Positions 54,732-64,000 of a stretch of DNA of 64,000 nt are shown piece after piece (the first letter of the stretch is position 1; each line of letters begins with the position of its first letter). Position numbers and translations under genes: made by a program. The notes beneath the pieces were generated by a model, which saw only the letters and a list, made by a program, of their open reading frames with translations, was not told the origin of the DNA and searched no databases. The stretch comes from the human T2T-CHM13v2.0 reference genome, Homo sapiens. The stretch lies in NCBI RefSeq assembly GCF_009914755.1, contig NC_060931.1; one strand, given 5' to 3'.

Positions 54732-55886
54732 GAAATATCAAAGGTTTTAGATGAAGGCTACATTGTCATGAAAATAACACCATAAAAATAAAAACCTTAT
54801 ATTTGTACTTGGGAACTGGAAACAGTGTCAAAAACTAGGAATTTGTACTCCATGATTCTTCCTCCTATGAAAAAACACCCAGTCTAAGAAGTAAGTGTAA
54901 GGGACACTGATAAATCTATACTAACACACCCAAGTCTGGGGGATAAGGGCAGACAATGAGGCAGGCATTCTCTTAAATGGGGTGGCTGCATAAATAGAAA
55001 GCTATATACCAGCTGTTGTTAGGCAATGGATACAATTTCCAGAACATATGATAACTTATAGGAGGGATAGAAAGCTTATCCTAGAGTTACTTCTCTAGTT
55101 AATGGTCCAGGTGTCAGTAGAATAATATTGATAATTTCTCAAGAAGCAGAAAGACTGGTTAGATTTGTTCACATAACATTTAGTTTCAAAATTTTAAATT
55201 ATAAACTTAATGCAAAAAAAAGAATAAAATGGGCCAATTCAAACATACCTTCTTGGCAGAAACATGGGGCAAAGAAAAGGATCATTTAAAGGATATTTTT
55301 GACTAGTTAAAAAGACCCCTGGTTAATGACTATTAGGCTTTTGAATATTGGTTAATGGGTAGATAGTTAGTATCCAAAGTGTTAATCTCAAAGTTTCACA
55401 GTTGTTTACCATTATGTTAGAAATTATTTCCTTCCAAGAAGGTGGCCATGAATTACAACCTGCAAAAATACTTCTGTTCTGAATAGAGTAGTGCCAATTT
55501 TTATCAGCCTTAGTTAGCAAAATCCTAGCCTGGCAAAGCTCCCTCCCAGAATCAAGAGCAGAAGCAATCCTTTCTCAAGGTCACAGATGGTAGAATTATT
55601 GCCTATAGAGATTCTTCCCAATAGGGAGGTAGAACAAAAATCAACATATAGATGAAGTCATTCTCCAGGTGGAAAGAACTTTTAAGAATCATTACAATTA
55701 AATGTCTCTCTGAAATGATGCTTTTGAGTACAACTAGAAAACATGTTACATATTTTCTGATTTTCAGTCTCAGGAAGACTAAAGAAGATGTTTCAACTAT
55801 AGAGGTGGGCACAAAGTAGGAATAATCTTGTGTCAGAAGAGTTCATGTGGATATTAAATGTATTTTGAATTAAAAATCTCATTAGA

Positions 55887-56239
<353 letters not shown>

Positions 56240-56394
56240 TTATATACATAGAAGACAGACTTGAAATGTCTAGAACTCAGGAGAAAACAGTGAAAACAGT
56301 GACAGAAACATCAAGGCATTAATTTAAAATATAAGGGAATCCTGGAGAGAAAACACAACAGATTTTGTGGAAGTCATTATACAGGTGTAGAATA

Positions 56395-59300
56395 GGTGAG
56401 GTCAGCAAGATGGCAAAATGGGAAGTCTTCTCCTCCACCAACCTCCAGAGAAAGTTCAACTAGCAACTATCCGCAGACTGGAAGAATATCTTTTTTTAAA
56501 CCCCAACACTTGGAAACAAGACTGAGACACCAATGTGGTCCATAGAAACGAATGAAGTTACAATGAGAAAGGTAAGAAGAATGATCTCACTCCAACTATG
56601 ACATCCCTCATCCTCCTCTAAGATGGCACAATGCCAGATGAAAAGAATTTCCCTGGGTCCCCACAGTTTCTATGAGTTGATGGCAGGGGTGTGAAATAGA
56701 GACAGTCATACCCATCCCTACCATTCTGGCATGCTTCCTAGAAAGCCCACTTTGGTTTTATTATTTCATAGAAAACAGTAGTGAAAATGTCATGACTACA
56801 CCACTTGGGATCAGGTAGAAACAAAGGAGGCAGAGGTCCTAGTGATCATGTCACAGATCTTGGTGGTACCTCTGTGTTCCTACCACTGATGGTATCCAAT
56901 TGCGGATATCAGTCAACCTCATAACCCACCCACAAAGCTGAGCTGGTTGCCTTCAGAAGCCTGATGGGATGTTCAACAAAACTTGAGACCTAGACATCGT
57001 AAGTCATCCTGCCCAACCTCAGAGACCACCCCAAAGATCCTGTACAGGCAGAAAGGTGCCCACTTCCTTCCATTTCAGAAACAATGAAGAGGCTAAATTG
57101 GCTTGACCCAGGAAGCCAAGCAGCACCTCTATGAAGCTAAAAGTCCTACCCAATGACCCCATTCAGGAAAGAAGAATCCTACTTCTTTAGATTTTAGAGA
57201 AATGAATGGACTACACCAGTTTGACCCAGAAAGTCAAACAGTGGCTCCAGTAAGCCAATAAGCCCTCCCAACAACTTTGCACAGGCAGGGAGACTTCCAC
57301 ATCTGCACATCTCAGAGAAGTGTAGCCAGCTTGACCCAGAAAGTCAAGCAGTGATTCCACTCACTGTAACCCAAAACTCAGGGGTTCCACCCAGCCTAAA
57401 AGCCCACCCAATAACTTTCCCATTTCCAAAAATTTGGAGAACCATAAGAGCTAGACCTGCTTGACCACGGAAGTCAAACAGCCACTCAATTCTGCAAAAA
57501 AAACCCATCCTGTGGCTCCACCTTGACAAGTAGTCAATTGTCAACCACGCATTTCTAAAGAGCATAGCCTCTCTTCTGACCTGTGCTGAGCAGCAATTCT
57601 GCCTAAACTTGGAGTCCAGCCTGCAGCCTTGCCCAGCTATAGATCCCAAAGAGTTGAATTGGCCATCCAGGGAGTGTATCTTGTGACTAGTCTGACCAGA
57701 AGCTACTACAGTATCCAGCCAGAAACTATGCCTAATAGCAGATCCCAGCCACCAGACAGCAGAGCCCAACCAGTAGCCCCACCTGACATTTGAGCAAAAG
57801 GTGGTGACTCAGCCAACTGGAGAACTCACAACAAGTTCTACCCGTCTGGGGTTGTTACCAGCTGGCCCTTCCAGAATCACAGTCTAGGCTAAATAGTGAA
57901 GATCTATCCCTGCTAAAGAACACCTCTTAGGCTAGAAGAGGGGGCTGCTGTCTCAAATGTACAGACAACAATGCAAAGACATAATAATTTAATAATTATG
58001 AAGAATAAGGGAATCGTGACACCTCTAAAAGAAAGTAATAAAGCCCCAATAGTCTACCTCAAAGGAATGTACATTTATGAAATGACTGAAGAAGAGAATT
58101 CAGAATAATACTCAAAAAAGTTCAGTGAACTATAAGAATATACAGATAGGAAATTTCATGGAATTTGGAAAACAAAGACTTGACAAAGAAATAAAAATAA
58201 TTTTTAAAAATTAGATAAAAATCCTAGAAATAAAAAATACAGTGACTGATCTGAAAAACTCAAAAGAAACCTTCAACAGCAGACTCAATTAAGCAGAAGA
58301 ATCAATTAGCTGGAAGACAGAACATTTAAAATTATACAGTTAGTGAAGAAGAACACAAAAGAAGAAAGAAGGCTATAGGAATTAAGGGACAGCAGCAAAG
58401 GACCGAACATTCACATAATGGGGAACTGCAGACGGAATAGAAAGCAGAAGGGCCAAAAAAAAACAAAAACATCTTCAAAGAAATAATGGCTGAGAAATGA
58501 CTTTCTGGGGATGCATGCCAACACCCAAGGACAGAAAGCATAGCGGTCTCTAATCAATGCAACCCAGAAAGAAGTTCATCAAGGCACATAATGAACTATC
58601 AAAATCAAAAAATAAATAAAATTCTGAGAGCAGCAAGACATAAGAAACATATCACATACAAAGGAATGACAATGTGACTATAAGCAGATTTCTCAGCAGA
58701 AACCTTCTATGCCAGGAGAAAATGGGATGATATATTCAAAGTCTTAAATAAAAAAAAAGACAAACAACAAAGAATACTTTATTCAGCAAAGCTATATTTC
58801 AGAAATGAAGGAGAAATAAGAAGTTTCTCATAAAATAAAAGCAAAGGGAGTTCATCACTGGCATACTCATAGGAACTGGTAAAGCAAGCTTTTTAAACTG
58901 AAACAAAAAGCTGTTAATTAATAATATGAACTATAAAAAAGCAAAAAAAATCAATTGTATAAGTAAAACAGTCATATTCAGAATACTCTAAAACTGTAAT
59001 GATGGTAAGACCTAGTATGAGGGTTTTATACTAGTATGAGAGTTTAAAAAAACACTACTAATAAATATAGCTAAAATTGTCAGGGATACATATTATACAA
59101 TATGAAAATTCTGACATCAAAAATATAAAATGTAGAGGAGAGGATAAGTACAAAGTAGAGTTATATGCAATCAAAGTTAGTTTTTCACTTTGAAATAACT
59201 GGAAATAGACAGTTATAAGATGTTCTACATAAGCCTCATGGTAACCACAAAGAAAAAATATTCAGTGGAAATACAAAACAAAAATAAAAGGATTCAAAGC

Positions 59301-62300
59301 ATGCTAGCACAGAAAACCATTAAATCACAAGAGAAGAAAAAAATACAGTATCTACAAAATAACAGAAAACAACAAAAATGGCAGTAGTAAATCCTTACCT
59401 ATCAATAATTGCCAAGAACATAAATGAATTGAATTCTCTGAGACACAAAGTAACTAAATGTGTAATAAAACAAGATCCAATTATAGGCCTACTAGAGACT
59501 TACTTCACTTTTAATGACATACATAGACTGTAAATGAAGGGATGGAAAGGATATTTTTTGCAAAAGGAAACCAAAAGATAGCAACAGTAGCTATACTTAG
59601 ACAAAATAGACTTTACAACAAATACATCATAAAGAGACAAAGGATATTATAAATAATAAAGGGTCAACATAATATAACAATTATAAATACATATGCACCC
59701 AACAACAGAGCACTTAAGTATATAAAACAAATATTAAAGATCTGAAAGGAGATATACATGAGAATACAATAATAGTAGGGGACAACAATATCCCACTTTC
59801 AACAATGAAAAGATCATCCAGACAGAAAATTAACAAGGATATATTATACTTGAACAATACTTTAGACCATATGGACCTCACAGACTTATACAGAACATTC
59901 TGTCCAACAGCAATAGAATACATATTCTTCTCAAGCAGATGAAATATTCTCCGGGATAGATCTCACATGTTAGAGCACAAAATAAGCCTCAGAAAATTTA
60001 AAATACTAAAATTATATTAAGTCTCTTTTCTGACCACATAGTGTAATATATAATTAGACATCAATAACAGGAGAAATGGCAGAAAAATTATAAATGCATG
60101 AAAATTAAACAACATGCTAATGAAAGACCAATGAATCAATAAAGAAAAGAAAAATTTGTTAAATATTTTGCGACAAATAGAAATGAGAACACAACAGCAG
60201 GCCTTAGGAGAAAGTTTGTAATGATAAATGCCTACATCAAAAAAAGAAAAAAACATTTCAAGTGAACAATCTAGTGTTACATCTCAAGAAACTAGAAAAA
60301 GACAAACTCGGCCTTAAGTTAGCAGAAAAAAAGTGGTGATAATAAAGATAAGAGCAAAAGTAAATATAAGAGATTAGAGGACAACATAAAACATAAATAA
60401 AACTAAGAGTTGGTCTTTGGGAAAGATAATTAACAAACCTTTAGGCAGAGTAAGAGAAAAGAGAAGACTCAAATAAAATATAAATGAAAAAGGACACATT
60501 ACAACTGATAACACAAAAATACAAAGGGTAAGAGACTACCTCAAACAATTATAAGTCAATGAATTGAGTAACCCAGAATAAATGCATAAATTCCTAGATA
60601 CCTACAAACTACCGAAATTGAACCATGAAGAAACGGAAAATAAGAAAAGACCAATAACAAGTAAGGAGAGTGAATCAAGAATAAAAAGTCTCCCACCAAG
60701 GAAAAGTCTAGGACCTGAGGGTTTCTTGGCTGAATTCTACCAAATATTTAAAAAACTACAAGAAAATAAACTGTATTACAAAAACATTACACTTACAAGA
60801 AAAGAAAATTGCAGACCAATATCTTTCAGGAACATAGATGCCAAAGTCCTCAACAAAATACTAGCAAACCGAACAACAAATTAAAAGGATAATCTACTAT
60901 GACAGATGCAAGGATGATTCAACATATACAAATCAACAAGTGCTGTACCTCATATTAACAGAATGAAGGAAAAAACCATATAATCTCATTCAGATGCAAA
61001 AAAAGCACTTGACAAAATTCAGCATCCTTTCATGTTAAAACTCTCACATTAGGTATAGAATAAACTTACTTCAACACAATAAAGGCCATATATGGGAAAC
61101 ATTATGCCACAGCTAACAGTATAGTTAATGCTGAAGCCTTTCTACTAAGTTCCAAAACAAGACAACATGCCCACACTTACCACTTCTATTTTATAGAATA
61201 TTGGAAGTCCCTCCCATAGCAACTAGCCAAGAGAAAGAAATAAAAGACATCCAAACAGAAAAGAAGTGAAATTCTCACTGTTTGCGGATGACATGATCTT
61301 ATATATATATAGAAAGCTGTTAACAGTTGAAAAAAATACACATATACAGTAAGGTTGCAAAATACAAAATCAGTACACAAAACTCAGTAGCATTTTTATA
61401 TACTAGCAACAAACCTGTGAAAAGGAAATCAAGAGGACAGTCACATTCATGATAGCTGTAAAAATATTTGGGAATAAATTTAATCAACAAGGTAAAGACC
61501 TATATAGTGAAAACTGTAAAACACTGATAAAAAAATTGAAGACAACACTAATATATAGAAAGATATCTCATGTTCACATATTGGAAGAATTAGTATTGTT
61601 AAAATACCCCTTCTACTCAGAGCAATCTATAAACTTAACACCATTCCTAACAATATTCTAATGTCATTTTTCATACAAATAAAAAATATTGTTAAGTTCA
61701 TATGGAACTGCAAAAAACCTTGAATAGCCAAGGCAGCCACGAGCGAAAAGAGCCAAGCTGAAGGCATCACAATACCTGATTTCAAACTATACTACAGAGC
61801 TATAATAATCAAAACAGCATGGTACTGGTTAAAAAGAGGGAGAGAGAGACATACACAAACACACACAAAGACCAACAAAACAGAGTAGAAAGCTCAGAAA
61901 GGAATACATGCATAGACAGTCAATTGATTTTTGACAAAGGTGCCAAGAACACATAATGTGAAACGGATAATTTTTTTCAATAAATGGTGCTGGGAAACCT
62001 AGATATCCACATTCAGAAGAATGAAATTGGGCCCTAATCTCACACCATATATAAAAATCAACTTGAAATGCACTAAAGACTTAAATACAAGACCAAAAGC
62101 TATAAAACTATTAGAAGAAGACAGAAGAAAAACTGCACAACATGGGCAATGATTTCTCAGATTGGACTACATAAGTACAGGAAACAAAAGCGAAAGTAGA
62201 CAAGTGTGATTAGATCAAACTCAAAAGGAAGCAACAGTAGGAAGAGACAATCTACAGATTGGGAGAAAATCTGTGCATGCCATATACCCAATAAGAGGTT

Positions 62301-63625
62301 AATATTTAAAATATTTAAGTAGCTCAAACATTTCAATGGCAAGAAAACAAAGCAAACAATTAAAAAAAAATTAAAAACGGCAAGGGACCTGAATAAACAT
62401 TTCTCAAAAGAAAAAATACAAACGGCCAACAAGTGTATGAAAAAATGCTTAACATCCGTAATCACTAGAGAAATGCAAATTTAACCTACAATAAGATATC
62501 ATCTCACACCTGTCAGAATGGCTACTACCAAGAAGATAAAAGATAAGAAATGTTGGCAGGATGTGAAGAAAAAAACTCTTGTGCACTGTTGGTAGGAACA
62601 TGAATTAGTACACTGTGGGAAACTGTATGGTTGTTTCTCAAAATCTAAAACTAGAAATACCACGTAATTCTGAAATCCCACTTCTGGATATCTACCAAAA
62701 GATTTAAAATCAGTTTTTCAAAGAGATGTCTGCACTCACTCCCATGGTCATTGCAGCACTATTCACAATAGCCAAGTTATGGGATTAATATAAGAGTCCA
62801 TCAACAGATTTATTGTTTAAGAAGATGCAGTACATATACAGAACAGAATACTATCAACCTTTAAAAAAGTAACTGTCATTTGCAACCACATGGATGGAAG
62901 TGGAGAACATTATGCTAAATAAAATAAGCCTGACACAGAAGACAAATATCACAGGTCCTTACTTATATATGGAATCTAAACAACTGAATTAGAAGCAGAG
63001 TAGAATTGTGGTTCCAAAAGATGGGGTTAGGGGAATGGGGAAATAACAAACACAAGGTATAGAAATCTCAGACACGAGAAATATGTTTTCCTTTTTATTT
63101 TTTAGTTCTATTGCAATGTGGTGAATATAGTTAATAATGGGAATATTGTACATTTCAAAACTGCTGAGTAAATTCCAAATGTTCTCACCACAAAAAATTA
63201 AGTACTTGAAGAGATGTATATGTTAACTAGATTGATTTAATTATTTCATATTGTATTCATAAATTATAATATCACTTTTTACCCCATAAACTTATATAAT
63301 TAAAAATTGCCGTGGCTGATGCCTGTAATCCCAGCACTTTGGGAGGCTGAGGCGGGAAGATTGCCTGAGCTCAGGGGTTTGAGACCAGCCTGACCAACAT
63401 GGTGAAACCCCATCTCTACTAAAAATACAAAAATTAGCCAGGTGTGGTGGCATGTGCCTGTAATCTCAGCTAATCAGGAGGCTGAGGTAGAAGAATTTCT
63501 TAAACCTGGGAGGCAGAGGTTGCAGTAAGCCGAGATTGTGCCACTGCACTACATCTTGGGCAACAGAGTGAGATGGTGTCTCTCAAAAGGAAAAAAAAAA
63601 AGTCAATTTACTTAAACCTTTTTTT
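56395..63625 (+). mobile_element. Near-full-length decayed L1MA-type element (5'UTR, ORF1, ORF2, 3'UTR)
   Basis: Starts ...caagatggc. ORF1 (gcagatttctcagcagaaacctt...tgggatgatatattcaaagt), endonuclease (atatgcacccaacaacagagcac), RT ([20 protein letters not shown]; tttgcggatgacatgat) and L1MA 3'UTR. Many stops and internal deletions. Confidence 0.92.
63310..63601 (+). mobile_element. Alu (S-type), slightly 5'-eroded, inserted near the 3' terminus of the L1MA
   Basis: Alu dimer; the L1 terminal text aattg|tcaatttac is split by it. Confidence 0.93.
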
Positions 63626-64000
63626 AAGAAACAAAATACCATTAGTTGAACTAAGTTAAGGATCTGCAGATAGATAGCTATCATTTGGGTGCCTTACAAA
63701 ATTAATAAAAGAACAGCAAAAAAGAAGTCATATTTAGAAGATACCTTCAAATTTAAAGAAAAAATTCAATAACCTCCAGCAGATGATACAGATTGCTTTT
63801 AACAGACAAGAATGACAGATGTGTAACTTTTCTAGAATACTAAGTAACAAAAAACAATGGAATATGGGAAAAGTAGTTACCTAAGACTCCTGGCTGTCAG
63901 AGAAACAAAAAAAGAGACATTGTACTATGTGCAAGGACTTTGAAAGTAGTGCAATTAATGGAACCTTTCTTGGTAGGGGGGAACTGTTTAGAAACTAGAA

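Overview
AT-rich primate (human-like) genomic DNA, intronic or intergenic. It is dominated by interspersed repeats: about 12 Alu copies or fragments (J, S, Y), a 5'-inverted L1PA (51.8-54.7 kb), a near-full-length old L1MA (56.4-63.6 kb), older L1M/L2/MIR remnants, MaLR and ERV1 solo LTRs (THE1D x2, THE1B, MLT1, MER57), and many simple repeats. I recognise no protein-coding gene, RNA gene or CRISPR-type system. The long ORFs in the track are L1 ORF2 remnants, Alu read-throughs or simple-repeat artefacts. The unique DNA carries several good splice-site pairs (mostly minus strand) and promoter-like patches at about 14.9-15.9 kb and 18.9-19.2 kb, which suggests an unidentified minus-strand transcript, but this is inference. 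The best-supported oddities are: (1) an 87-bp tract with shared private variants between two inverted AluY copies, suggesting ectopic gene conversion; (2) a complete twin-priming signature on the L1PA; (3) a 260-bp AT-rich snap-back/templated insertion; (4) a candidate 20-nt microexon or first-exon donor beside a ZNF143-like motif. I found no convincing novel biological system. Repeat subfamily names come from recalled consensus motifs, and boundaries of old repeats are approximate.
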